From Octopus sinensis (lineage: Eukaryota), in assembly GCF_006345805.1 (NCBI RefSeq), contig NC_042999.1:142538001-142602000 (forward strand): 64,000 nucleotides of DNA, given 5' to 3'. The number at the start of each line of letters is the position of its first letter. Within the stretch, counting starts at the first letter, position 1. A program made the translations under genes and the position numbers. Below are positions 38,342 to 51,968 of the stretch, in pieces. Under the pieces are notes generated by a model that had not been told where the DNA came from, searched no databases, and saw only the letters and a list, made by a program, of their open reading frames with translations.

Positions 38342-39792
38342 CAAGAGAGTGCATTGTCTCAATAAGCTTTTGTTCAACCTATGCCGGAATGGAATACTGG
38401 ATATTAAATAAATGACTACGATGTGTGTGTATGTGTGGACACACTTAGGTTTGGTTACAGGAAGAGCATTTGGTTATAAAATCCTGCCTCAAATAACTCT
38501 CCATCCATACTAGCATGGAAAAATAGAACAAATGAATGCATACATGCATGTGTGCATGCACACATACTCACACATGCACACACACACACATACACACACG
38601 CAATCATGTACACACACACATATGCATGGACACACACATGTAGACATATATGTGTGATCTTAAAAAAAGATACTTTATAATTATTCAGCTACAATACAAA
38701 ATGCACAGCATGAAGGCTAAGCACAATGAGATGTTTTTACTAAATTTTATATCTTATGAAGGTGTGATACATACTTTTGTAGGCATCAATGCTGGGAAAT
38801 TTTCTTTTCCTTTCATATAACAAACTTTCATCTATCCACTGAATTTCAGAATATCTGAATGTCTCAACTGACATAGAATTTGGTGAGTCATATTTAAGAT
38901 GAATCATTTTAAACTGAAATGAAAGCATAATTCATTGAAGTATGACTGAAAGGTTGCGTCTGTTATCTTTCTAAAAAGTATTCAGAACCGTGACCAATTT
39001 TGGAAATTTCAAAGGTTAACCCTCCTTTGAATTTAGGAAAAAGAAATTTGGTTTTGAAAGGCAACAAAAATTTTAATTGTTTGATTGTTAACTATTGAAA
39101 TTTCATACAAATTGTATTGATGTCATGAAACAGCTCTTCATTTCTGAGAGAAAGAAAACCAGAACTCTTAATGTGATGGCAGAAGCAGCTGAGAAGAATT
39201 CCAACTGAATCTGGTGAAGGAAGATTGAAAGTGAATTTCAGATGGCATGATTTACAATACAGTCAACTGGTGTTTTAAACTGACCTGTTTCAACACTCCA
39301 AAATACCTTGGCTCTGAGATACATTAACCCTCCAGGGTAGTTGTAATGCAGACAGTAGCACAGAATGTGGCAGCAGAGCCTTATCCAGGAGTCATGACCT
39401 GAATGTGACCTGGTCCCATTAGAGTGCAAAGAGTTAATGGTCAAAACACTTGCCTGAGTGGGGAGTAGTGGGGCTTTTTCTTTGATGACATTCTCCTATT
39501 CAGTTCTCTCTAGGTTTTTTTGCAACCAGTTATGTGTGAGATTATTGTTCTTAACCAGACTGAGATTAGACAAAAACACATTAGGTTTGTTGAACATTAT
39601 TAAGTGTCCTGGAGCATCATCCCTAGTTGAGCAGAATATGATCATAGTTAGCATTTGTTATTGAGTATCTCCTTTCTTTATATAAATTATTTTTGAGTGG
39701 GTATTGCTATTCAAGTGTGACATCCCTATTCAAGTATTGCTTTACAGGACAGTGCTGCAATACACACACACACGCATGCACACACGCACACA

Positions 39793-39849
<57 letters not shown>

Positions 39850-40789
39850 CATGCACACATCCTAAACTGCACAACACTATTTGTCTGATTAGAAATGATT
39901 AAATGATTCACTCCCCAACACACTACAATTACTTCCTCACAAACATAGAAAATCTATTCCTTGCTTCTATCATTTTTACAAGCCATCTGCTCTTCTGAAC
40001 TAGTTTACCTTTTCCATCCAGGCCCAACCATACAGGCTCTCTTCTTTCCATGCACTCACTGTGTCTCATGTCTCAGACCCCTCAGTAAACTTTCTTCCCA
40101 GTTATTCTGCCTTAGAAATCCTTCCCTCTAAAATTCCTTGTTGCTCAAGCTTTTTCTGCAAACATTGGCCTATGAATGTTCAACTTAATACCATTAACAT
40201 CTATTTCACTAGTCTTTGTGAACTGAGGAATGTCACAAGCACTGTTTTTCTTCCTCTTCTGACTTCAATTCTCAACATTTTAGAAACAAATAAATGTCAT
40301 ATTTGAATGTCAGTATAATATGCTAGTAAACAGTGCAGAAAATGTGAAAGAGTACAGAGGTGTGTAAGGCTAGCTGAAAATACCAGCTACTTAAGAGGTC
40401 AGTTGGGACACCATATCCTTAGGAGCATCATTCATTTGTCTTGAGGTTCTGGAGAATAAACAAAAGACATCTAAAGCTATAATTATAGTTGTCTATGGGA
40501 CAAGGTATTGAACCATCCCCCACTCAGTAGTCATAATAAAAAATTGTGCTGAGATCATTGCCAGTAATGTAGATACGTCTCCTTTCTCTCACTTTCTCAT
40601 CATCTCTCTCTCCTTCCCCCTCTCTGTCTGTCTGTATGTCACTCTCTCCTCCCTCCCCCTCTCCTACTTATGTTAATAAAAGGATTTGAAACTCTAATTC
40701 CATTTTGGAACTGTTCTTTCCAGTTTTTGTATCATACTATTTCTACATTGGCACTTTTTTCTCCTCTTTGTGAAAATTCATCATTATCA

Positions 40790-42900
40790 TCATCATTGTC
40801 ATTTAACGTCTGTTGTCCATGCTGGCATGGGTTGGACGGTTTTGCCGGGCTGGTATGCTGGAAGGCTGCACTAAACTCCAGTCTGATTTGGCATGGTTTT
40901 CTACAGTTGGATGCCCTTCTTAATGCCAATGACTCCGAGAGTGTAATGGGTGATTTTATCTTCCACTGGTATGGGTGCTATTTGTGTGACACCGGGGTGC
41001 TTTTACATGCTAATTTATGTGACACTGGTATCTGCCATGACTGAGATTTTGCTTGGCTTGATGGGTCTTCTTCTCAAGCATGACATAATGTCAAAGGTCT
41101 CAATCATTGCTTCTGTGAGACCCAACACTTGAAAGGAACTCAGCCACTTTGCTTCCATAAGGTCAACATAATGCCAAAGGTTTTGGCCATTGCTTCCATG
41201 AAGCCTAATACTCAGCAGGAACTCAGCCACTTCGCCTCCGTGAGGCCCTATGCTCAAAAGATGTTCTTTACATGCCACCAGCATGGGTGAACTTGGCTTG
41301 ATGGTCGCTAGTCATTGCCTCTATGAGACCCAAAGTTTGAAGATCATGCTTTATCACCTTGTCCCATGTCTTCCTGGGCCTACCTCTACCACAGATTCCC
41401 TCCACAGTTAGAGATCAACACTTCTTTACATGGCTGCTCACGTCCATATGCATCACATGACCATACCAGTGCAGTCGTCTCTCTTGAACACCATATCTGA
41501 TGCTTCTTATGCCTAACTTTTCTCTCAAGATGCTTACACTCTGTCAAATATGCATGCTGACATTGCACATCCAGCAAAGCATACTGGCTTCATTTCTTTC
41601 AAGCTTATGCAAGTCCTCAGCTGTCACAGCCCATGTTTCACTGCCATACAGCATAGCTGTTCACACACAGGCATCAAACAATCAGCCTTTCACTCTGAGA
41701 AAGAGAGGCCCTTTGTTGCCTGCAGGGGTAGGAGCTCTCTGAACTTTGCCCATCCTAATCTTATTTTCCTGCTACACTCTTGGTGCTGGGGAGTACATTC
41801 TTCACCAAGGAGGGTCATTGTATTTAGGAACAACCATGCATCCTGCTGTTTGGTGAGAATATAATTGATCTGGCTAGCACAGTCACCTGATTAGTAGGTT
41901 ATCAGGTGGCTGGCTGGTTTTCTGAAGTTTGTGTTGCAGATCAAAATGTTATTTGCATCACAGAACTCCAATAGCCTTGTTCCCTGTTTGTTTTGGGAGC
42001 CAAATCCATGGCCCCCATGCACACCACGGAAGATACCAGGCTGCTGTCCGACATGCCAATTGAAATCCCCAGCCACGAAGAGGAGATCATTGTCACTCAT
42101 CTTTGAGGTAGCCTGCAGAAGAATGTCATAAAAGAGTTCCTTCTGTTCATTTGGTAGGCCCACTTGAGGGGCATAGGCAGAGATAATTGTCACTATACTG
42201 TTCAGTAAGACTAGCCTGAGCTTAAGCACTCTATCACCCATTCTGGCTACCTCAACCTTATCCACCTATTTCTCTGCAAGAAGTATGCCCATGCCACCTG
42301 CCCCTATCACTGTTACCTTCTCAGAAAATTTTATACCTATGTGTCTTACCTGTGAGGAACCTGGCTGAAGCTCCTCCCCACCTTATCTCTTGTATGCAAC
42401 ATACATCAACACACCTCCATTCAAGCATCTAAACAATCTCACTAGACCTACCTTTCAATGTGCCTATATTGATGGTGCCAACCCTGAAAACTGGGAAAGG
42501 GATGTGGGAGGGAACATAGGAAGGAGTGATGTTATTCAGCACTTGAATCGAAGGTTTCCGTGTTCATTTGATAACAGACATGTCACATCAGTTGTTCTCT
42601 CACTTTAACCTGCCATCATTCAAACATGTTAAGAAATAGAAAAGAAAATAACACCTGTAAGGAAAAAATAAATATATGGACCTGACTGACTGCTAGGGAT
42701 TTCAATAGGCTTGTCGGACATGAGGAGTTCTTAGAACCTGTACTATTGATTTCCAGTGCAAAATAGGGATAACAGCAGCCCTCCTGAGTGGCCGCTGTAG
42801 TGAATCACTGACTATTCTCCTCAGCAATGGCATTGCAGTCATTGCTGCCGGCTGAGGCTGAGCACACCATTTGTTCTGGAGTGTGTGACCCATCGACCCC
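40790..42900 (-). mobile_element. RTE LINE with putative 5' UTR, APE endonuclease N-terminus, large internal deletion, RT C-terminus and 3' UTR
   Basis: RVGTINIGTLKGR..VDVCCIQEIRW (~42480-42370), IISAYAPQ..AGDFN.HVG..NTNFRK (ORF 41891-42265), then from ~41770 the same RT C-terminus as 20850-21300, ending in (GAT)n at ~40790. Confidence 0.85.
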
Positions 42901-43679
42901 CCTCATCTTCTGCTGTTTTACTCCACCCATCACTTTTTTCTTTTCCTTTTTTTCTGTTTCTTTGTATTTAAATCTTATAATTTAAAATATGATTCATTAT
43001 ATAATTGACTGAAGAAATAAAGCTTTTTTGGTGAAAAAAACCCCCAAAACATAGATAAACTCAAATGAAAAGCAACTGATTTCAAGTAAATGCTCGACCT
43101 AGTAAAATCTACTCAGAATATCATTTCTCTTGAAATAAAAAGCCAAATAATAAATCTTTTGATTTCTTTTGCACTTGCTGCCACTGCTAACATCACTTAC
43201 TCATATGCAGCCAATACAGATCTTTACTACTCCTTAACATTCTTAACATAGATATCACCTACACATGACCTAAACATTGGTTGTGTAGATAACACCACAC
43301 ATTTAACCTGAGCATCCTCTTTGCACTGAAGCCATGGAAACATTTTCTAATGCAGTCATGTAAAATTTCTCTTTTAACAACACAAAGACACAATCAGAAC
43401 ACATTAAGGACACAAGTACTGTATTCTGTATAAACCTTCAAGTACAACATTCAAGTACAGCTTTCAAAATTACTACAAATTCTAGGCCTTACAATTTCTG
43501 ATAATCACTCATGGTAATCTCATATTCATAGCAGTAAAATCTGTATCTTACAGATTAGCTTCCTTTTTCAGGGCCAGAAAATACTTCAGCTCCTAATTGT
43601 TGCTGGTTCTTTATAAAGTTTGATACTTGATAGAATATTCCTCTTACATCTGACACAGTACTTCTATTACACACATATC

Positions 43680-43960
43680 AGCATTGAAAGAACAATCCAA
43701 CTGAATTGCAAAGTCTTTCATCAACACACCTCAATATCTCACACGTGCACCCCCTCAATCCAAGCACCCATCTGACATGCCCAGTCTTTTCTCTTTTCAT
43801 TACCCATTGTGTGTCTCCACTCTTCAGCACCCACACTAGCCACTTTGCCTCGTCCAAAACGACAACTGCTGGAATTCCAACCTCACCTATGCTTTTCCCT
43901 ACAGTTGTCAACTTAGAGATATTGAAGCTGAACATTAACCGCACTAATATTATCAGTGAC
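43680..43960 (+). mobile_element. Probable CR1/L2-group LINE 3' fragment
   Basis: THTSHFASS/KTTTAGIPT..FPTVVNL.I.KLNINR resembles the ..FFPRT...WNSLP..VF....L..FK C-terminus; frameshifted. Confidence 0.5.
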
Positions 43961-45028
43961 AGACAACCTACTAAGGTCATGAATTAATTCCTCTCCTCCT
44001 GAGTAAAACTTAAAAAAGAACTTGGCCATTTTATGCATGTACATATTTTATACATAACTAAGTATAAGATATTTGATGGAGACTGGAGATCAGACTGGTT
44101 AAAATATAACATAGATATAAATATTATTTATGCTGGGTAGGTGGGTGGAACATGTGATTCTGGTACCCCAAATATTATAGAAAACTACTGGTTCTAGTGT
44201 TGTTAGGCATAAAATTTTGATTAATTAGTCTAAAGCATGAGAACTGTCTTTGAAACATTTAGTGAAAACTCACAGAAATGTGCATATTATTTTGGAGATA
44301 TTTGAGGTGTTTTTTGTTTGATTTAACTTTCTTACTTTCTTATTTCAATAAATTCTGAACATTTAGCAGAACTAGGAGATGCATGTAAAGAAAAAAATTC
44401 TCACTCATGCCTTCTACATGAAAAAAATAGTTAAGTGAAAGCTGGCATACTTAATGTTGTGAGCCAAAATTTTTTTTAATTGCTTAAAATTATACCTTAA
44501 GAGTAAAATCATTAATGATAAAGATTCTTTTCTTCATTACAAGTGCAATTCTAATTGGTTAAAGTTTTTTGCCTCAGTACATTAAAATATTCTTCTCTTC
44601 CTTTAACTAAAACATATTTGGTCTTGAAATACATAGCAAAAAAATATTTGAGCAAATTCAAAGTAAAAGTGTATGACATCTTAACAAATGGAAACAGTAT
44701 TTCCACTCTGATATAACTACATAAGAAAATATAAAATCAGGTTAATTAAATGGCATCTATAAATTACAAGAGAATGTTTGAAGATAAAAATTAAAATGCC
44801 TTTGCCTATTTAAAAAGTTGTATGTGATTCTAAAATCAGTTGGTGGTAGCATTATGTTTTTGGGAGCTACAAGAACAGGACCCATGAATCTAGGAGTCCA
44901 TCTTAAAATGGTGAAATTGATGCCATTGATGTTGTATATGAATGTCTATTAGTTGATGTCTATATGAATGTCTATTAGTTTCATGAATGAAATAAGTGAA
45001 GCAAGAGCACACACAATGACGAAAAGAG

Positions 45029-45068
45029 CTGCTGAAGAGGTCGCAGATGTGTGACAAAAGATTTCCAG
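45029..45068 (+). ncRNA. Degenerate minimal hammerhead motif (G12>A), homologous to 49924-49967
   Basis: CTG-CTGAAGA-G-GTCGCA-GATG-TGTGAC-AAAA-GATTTC-CAG. Confidence 0.5.
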
Positions 45069-45299
45069 ACAATGGCAATGAGTTAGAATAACAACAGTAA
45101 TAAATGAGTGAATAACAAATATATAGTGCGTGTAACATAATAAATAAATACATACTGAATGCAAGGGAATGCATCTTTTGAATAATTAATAAATTTTTCC
45201 CTTATGAGGTTTTTCACGCTAACTACTTGATAAATATTTATAAAGATTTTATCCTATTTTTCAATTATATATATATATATATATATATATACATTCATC

Positions 45300-45480
45300 A
45301 TATATCCTCCATTTTCCATGCTGGCATGGGTTAGATGGTTTGCCTGGAGCTGGTGAACCAGAGAGCTGCACCAGGCTCCAGTTGTTTGTTTTGGCTTGGT
45401 TTCTATGGCTGGACGCCCGTCTTAACACCAACCACTCTAAGAGTGTGCTTGGTGTCTTTTGCATGTCACCAGCATGGGTG
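45300..45480 (-). mobile_element. RTE-family 3' terminus
   Basis: ttttccatgctggcatgggttagatggtt...ggctggacgcccgtcttaacaccaaccactc. Confidence 0.75.
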
Positions 45481-45636
45481 CTGGAAATATGACAAATATA
45501 TATGCAAAATTGTTATAATTTTTTGGACGATAACTGATAAAGAATCTTTTGGACGATAACTGATGAAGTCTTGTATGTGAATCTTCTGTTTGTTGTGTTT
45601 CTGTTAAACTTTTGGAATATTATATGTATATCTGTA

Positions 45637-45995
45637 TCTATAATACATTAAAAGTAAGTTTGAATCTTGCTTGCTTGTAATGTTACTCAGCCAAACTGAA
45701 GCATAATAGGAAAATACTATGAATTAACTTTACCCTGAAATGTTAATATGAGCGGAATTAAACAAGTTTCGTGTAAATCAGAGCAGTAGTTATTGAGATA
45801 TTCAAAACGGTACATAATGGTAAAATGTTTCGAATTTAACTTCATCCTGAAAAGGAAGAAACTCTAACCTTTCAATGTCACATTCTTTGAAAGCATGCAA
45901 AATAATCTGGAAAAGAAAAAAAAACCCATGAAACGAGACTCTGTTGCTGGGAAACTCAGAGTTTCCCGGTGACCCAACAGGTCACAGGTAGTCTA

Positions 45996-45996
<1 letters not shown>
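45637..45996 (+). mobile_element. Non-autonomous Helitron
   Basis: A|TCTATAATAC...CTAG|T termini; subterminal hairpin GTGACC-CAACA-GGTCAC; internal palindrome GGGAAACTC-A-GAGTTTCCC. Confidence 0.7.
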
Positions 45997-46033
<37 letters not shown>

Positions 46034-47012
46034 CTTCTAAAAATAAGTAAATATGGTATTCTGTGGAAAAGTAGTGAGCAATCCTTCAAGCTGATGGTCA
46101 TCTGACTTAAAGTTTTTAATTGTAGTTGGTCAATAAATGCTTACATATTTCTGTTGTTTATGCTCCAAGTCAACACTAATTAAAAGGATTCTTATGATAT
46201 TTAGATTATCTGTCAAACAGTAAAATGTGATCCATGGATCTACTGCTTTGGGTTGGTCACAGTGGTGTATAATCTGTGACATTGTGTGTTTGAATATCAC
46301 TGAATACTTTGTCTTGTGTATCTAGCAAGATCAAGTTAACCTGGAACAGCATATCCATCTCTACTGTTCTTGCAGTTGTTGTTATTTACCTTCAGGTCAT
46401 CTAGGGTTAGGCAGACCTATGACTGAAAGCATTTAACCATGAGCAATTTCCCATTTTCTCAGTAATAGTATCTTGAATTATATTATCCACTGCATTCTTT
46501 CTTTTTAATGACAATAGCAGAAAATTAGATAAAGATTTTACTGCTATTTCTAGCAAATCGAACGGCCATCCAGAAATTTTCTGGTTGGCTAGTATCCTCT
46601 CTAAATGTTAGATATCTAAATGTTATATGCTTTTCTCTGCATCATAGCACACTAACATACCTCACATTGTGCTTTCACTGTGTTAACTTTTGCCAATACA
46701 GACCACCTGTAGTTAAATTGAATGCTAACAATTATATTCAATTATCAAAGGCATAAATTCTCACAGCAATTTATGGATATGATAATAATTGGATATTATC
46801 ACTATCACTAAAGATGACTACCTGTGGTCTGTGTCAATACAGTATAAACAAAAATGTGCAGTGTGTTAGTGTCTTGATATTGAGGAAAACATCAAATATT
46901 TTGTGTTGTGCCATTCACAGCATGAAGAAACCCTTCTATTACTGAAGGGCTTAGCTCAAAACCTAAGATATTTCTCTCTTTATCTCTTTATGGTGCACTA
47001 GCATGTAACCAT

Positions 47013-47049
<37 letters not shown>

Positions 47050-47274
47050 TACACACACACACACACACATACATACATACATACATACAAACGTACATGC
47101 ATGCATACATACATACACTTAAATTTACACACACACACATGCACACATACAGACACACTCACATACAGGCACGTTTAACAAAAGCTAAAATCTGATATCA
47201 ACAATATCAAAGTATGAGTGTGTGTGTGTGTGTGTGTGTGTGTATTTTTATATGTATATATATATATATCTATA

Positions 47275-47690
47275 CTGGTAGCATGGTCTTCCAATGTCTG
47301 GCCTCATGGAGGTGATGACAAGTGACTGAGACCTTTGGCAATATACTGTGCTTGAGAAGACTTGTGAAGCCAATGGAAATTGTAGTCATGGCTGTTGCCA
47401 GTGTCATAGCACCTGTGAAATCGTAGTTGAGGCAGTTGCTGGTGTCAAGTAAATGGCACTCATGCCGATGGCACGTGAAAAGCACTCATTGTTCTCTTGG
47501 AGTGGTTGGTGCTAGGAAGGGCGTCCAGCCATAGAAACCATGACAAATCAGACTAGAACCTGGTGCAGCCCTCTGGCTTACCAGTTCCAGCCAAATTATG
47601 TAACCTATGCCAGCATGGAAAGTGGATGTGAAATGATGATGATGATGATGATGTGATGATGATGATGATGTTGATGATGATGATGATGAT
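47275..47690 (+). mobile_element. RTE-family 3' UTR fragment
   Basis: gagacctttggcaatatactgtgcttgagaagac...gtggttggtgctaggaagggc...(gat)n. Confidence 0.75.
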
Positions 47691-47889
47691 GATCAAAGAT
47701 GCTTAGAAAAAAGCGCTCTTCTCTGATAAGACAAACAACATCTACCTTATAGATGACAAGACATATACACAACTTCTCCATAACAATGTAACAAGCAATT
47801 ACACTAAAGCTAGGCTCCATGTTTATAATATAATCATTAAGAAAACTAAAGTTATTGCCACTAAACTTATATTAGGTAGCAAGATAGAA

Positions 47890-48690
47890 ACTCTCCCTAA
47901 ACTATAGGCTTTTGCTACCATGAAAGGTCACAAAAATAATTTTATTGCTCACTCTAAGTGTAGGCTAATCTGCCCAGCTAAATCAGAAATAAGACTAATT
48001 AGTAAGGACATTCTGAGAAATATCAATAGCAAGATCAGAAAAGCCACTAACGAAGCCCAATGGTCAAATAGTATAGAAGAAGTTATTGTTTGGTTTAAGA
48101 ATGTTACAGACAAGGGAAAAGCCAGATTCACACAATTTAATATCATAGATTTCATTGCTTCTATTTCTAATGATTTCTCAGTTAAGGCATGGAATTTTGC
48201 TAGTTGGTATGCTCTTCAGGGAGAACTTTGAATTGGTTGAGAGCTCAGATGCTGAAAGATCCTTTGACATGAACATGGGCTTCTATGATGGAGCAGATGT
48301 ATATAACCTGATTGGTTTATATCTACTCAATGTGCTGTGAAGGTCTTTCTCTTTGGTGACCGTTAGTGTCTACAGAGATGATACTCTAGTCATATCAAAG
48401 AATAAACCAATGGCTTGGCACAGGACTGCCTGAGAAAGATAATAATCCAGATCCTGAAGGCCTTTGGTCAGAAGATTGCAACTGATACCAACCTAATTGT
48501 AGTCAATTTCCTAAACGTATTGCTGGACTTTCAGAACAACTCATATGAACTCTATAGGAAACCAAATGACAGGCTAAATTATATAAATGTAGGTTCTTGT
48601 CACACCCTATAAGTTTTAGAAACCTTAGAAACTTAGCAAGGAACATAAGTAGGAGGATTTGTAGACTCTCCTTCAGTAAAGAAATCAAAC
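47890..48690 (+). mobile_element. Decayed Penelope-like element (PLE) reverse transcriptase
   Basis: KGHKNNF....CRLICPAKSEI..ISK.IL..IN, QW.....VI.WFKN, FDMNMGFYDGADV..LIGLYLL, VYRDD.L, VNFL.V.LD...YRKPND...YIN: a PLE-type RT motif set. Confidence 0.85.
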
Positions 48691-49923
48691 TGGGGAACAC
48701 TAGCCTCTCTAGATTAAGTGTACAGTGTCACAAACTTTAATCTTTCCCTGCTAAGTTAACCACACCAACCATTGTTAATTCCCATTCTGACAGTCCAAAA
48801 GGACACAACATTTAACTCTCTTCCTTCCATGCATTTTTCTCATTTCCTTTTTTATTTACTTTTTCTCTCAATCTTTTTCGTCTTTTCTCACTTTTTCTCA
48901 GACAGCAGACATGTTGTATTCTGAACCTGAAAGGTTGCACAATAGTACAAGTTCATTCAACTATTGTACTACAGAGCATAAAATTTATAGTAACTCACAT
49001 TTAAATTCCAAGTATATTAAATGACACACACACACACACACACCACACACACACACACAGAGGCTTGAAGGTGCAAACAAGAAAATAGAACTCAAACAAA
49101 ACATGAGAATATATATTTTTGTTAATCGGCAGAATTCACAGCATAACTCAAAAGTTTAATAAGGGCCAGTGTATGAGACTCTAAGCTCTTGAGTCACTCT
49201 GTAACTTCTGCCGATCAATATACATACGTGTGTGCATGTGTGTGTTTGTGTGTACATGTGTGTCTGTACATATATGTATGTTTGCATGCTTTTTATTTCA
49301 CTGTATACCCATTTTTAGAATTTGAACTCAATACAGCACCTAATGAAAAATACATCAATTATACAGTGTTGCCACTATTTCAACAGTGTTAAGTTGCACA
49401 TCACTATCGCACCTATTGTTTATTTTGAACTGGGTGATCTGACCTAGGAGAGCCAAGTGTCTTTCTGATGGACATTATATCATGTCAATTATGAGCTAAA
49501 AATTCTCAAACCCATTGACAACAAAGAATTTATCAACTGCATTGACAAAAGACAGCTGATAAATTGTATATGATTCCTCCTCATGTATTTTCTTCTCTCA
49601 GTTTGAGGATATTCATTTACATGGTGGTCACAGCTGGAATGCATTTATCCAGAAAGTCTTCTCAATCAGGGTTGATCTGGTGTTAAACAGCAACAATTCC
49701 AATTCTTTCAGCTCACTGAACCCAGACTATATACTTCTTTTAATTTACATACATACATACATATATATATTCGTTTTGTAAGATTCTTGATGCGAAGTTG
49801 TCTGTTGAAACAGATATTATTGTATTTGGGGATGGTCATGTTGCCAGTTTAGCCCAAAAATACACATGCACTATATATTTGGTGTTCGCTTGCTTCAGTT
49901 TTATTTTATATTAATTATATTTC

Positions 49924-49967
49924 GACCAGAGCTCTTTCGTCACACTACTGTGACCTCATCAGTGATC
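49924..49967 (-). ncRNA. Minimal type I hammerhead ribozyme with intact core
   Basis: GATCA-CTGATGA-G-GTCACA-GTAG-TGTGAC-GAAA-GAG-CTC^TGGTC: stem I GATCA/TGGTC, perfect 6-bp stem II, 2-bp stem III, CUC triplet. Confidence 0.7.
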
Positions 49968-50004
49968 CTTTGCTTTCTTCCTTCTTTTCTGTGTGTCTCT
50001 CTGC

Positions 50005-50320
<316 letters not shown>

Positions 50321-50733
50321 ACACTGTTGGATCATTCCCAAAGTACCATGTTGGTATTTTAAATTTTTGTTTATATTTATTTGTAAATGGACCATAAAAT
50401 GTATTTCCCTATAGCAAAGTCTTTTATTCTACTGTTCTGTAATTCTTTAGTTGTTTGGATATTTTAACCAATAGAGCTCTAGCCAGAAAATACATATTGA
50501 TCTTATTGATGAAGACGTATTGGAAAAGAGCAAATAAAGAAGGCTAAAAGAAGTAAATAAAATGAAAGGAAATGGAGAAAATTATTGAAATTATTGGTTA
50601 AGACAGGAAAATATATATATTTCTTCATTGTAATAAAGATATACATTAGGCCAGGATTTAATACTGCTCTAAAGGCCGATTGATAAAGAAATGATGGAAT
50701 ATTGAAGTGGACTCAACTGAGTGAGAGAGAGTG

Positions 50734-50771
<38 letters not shown>

Positions 50772-51454
50772 TGAGAGAGAGAGAGTAGATTGGCGCTGAG
50801 ACTGTACTTGCATAATGTGGTTTTGATTGGGTTGTCATGTGCCAACCTGAACCTTGACCCAAGTTGTAAGTGGATGTTGGGAAGTTTGAGCTCAATGACT
50901 AGACCCAATGCATATGATTAGTAGATTAAACAAGAAGGAAATGTAAAAGGAGGAGGAGAAGGCAGAGGAAGCGAAGGGTCAATAATAGGGAAAGATGCTG
51001 CTACTGCTGCTGCTTCTGAAGATGATCACTGGGATGATAATTGTGATGATGATGATGATGATAATAATAATAATAATGATGATATCCAAAAGCAAAGAGA
51101 AAATATAAATATGATGATTACTATGATTATATCAATAATGATTACAATTATTGTACATTTCATTTGCTCCACCTAATTCTGTAAAAGTGGACAACAACCT
51201 GTTGTCAAGGGTGTCACATGATCTTCTTGCACAATACTTAACATCCAAGTAACAAACTCAAAATCCTTGTTGTCCCCAATAAAGCAGTTTTCTGGGCATA
51301 TTCCTACCGTCATGTCAATCCTGATTTCTCCAATAAATTTCTCAAACCTGCTCCCAGTCCCACTACAACTACTGGGAAGAGTTACTATCTTCATTGCCCA
51401 TCATCATCATCATCATCATCATTTAACGTCCGCTTTCCATGCTAGCATGGGTTA

Positions 51455-51690
51455 GTGACTTGTACTTTATCCTCCACTCATACATCGGCAGGTATGGCAA
51501 TATTTATGATCTTGGTTTCTGTCATCATTTTATTAACTACAACAATGTCTGGCCTTCAAGTATCAGTCAATGAATCACACTAGATTGCAAAATCCCAGAT
51601 GATCTCACACTCATCAGTCTTAGTGACAACTAGTTTATACTTGTAACATTTCAGCATCCTTTCATAGTGGCTGCCCTTGCGGTAAAATTT
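51455..51690 (-). mobile_element. R4/Dong-like endonuclease-domain fragment beside (ATT)n
   Basis: KTDECEIIWDFAI*CD..T..RPDIVVVNK...TKIINIAIPAD. Confidence 0.7.
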
Positions 51691-51716
51691 GAAACCATTA
51701 TTACTATTACTATTAC

Positions 51717-51749
<33 letters not shown>

Positions 51750-51860
51750 CATTTCCTTCTTTCTTCAAATTTTCTTCCATTTCTCGCCAAGTGTTTTCTG
51801 TACACCTAGGGCAGAGAAGCTCATTATATGCATTCCCAGATTACACACGCAGATTCACAG

Positions 51861-51918
<58 letters not shown>

Positions 51919-51936
51919 CATTATTATTATTATTAT

Positions 51937-51968
<32 letters not shown>

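Noticed and set aside
39130-39660. DDAPGHL resembling the pogo/Tigger DNAPGH motif
   Set aside because: Flanking motifs (FLPPNTTS..QP.DQG) are absent.
51190-51255. LRR-like peptide VDNNLLSRVSHDLL as a possible exon
   Set aside because: A single short match with weak splice sites and no neighbouring LRR exons.
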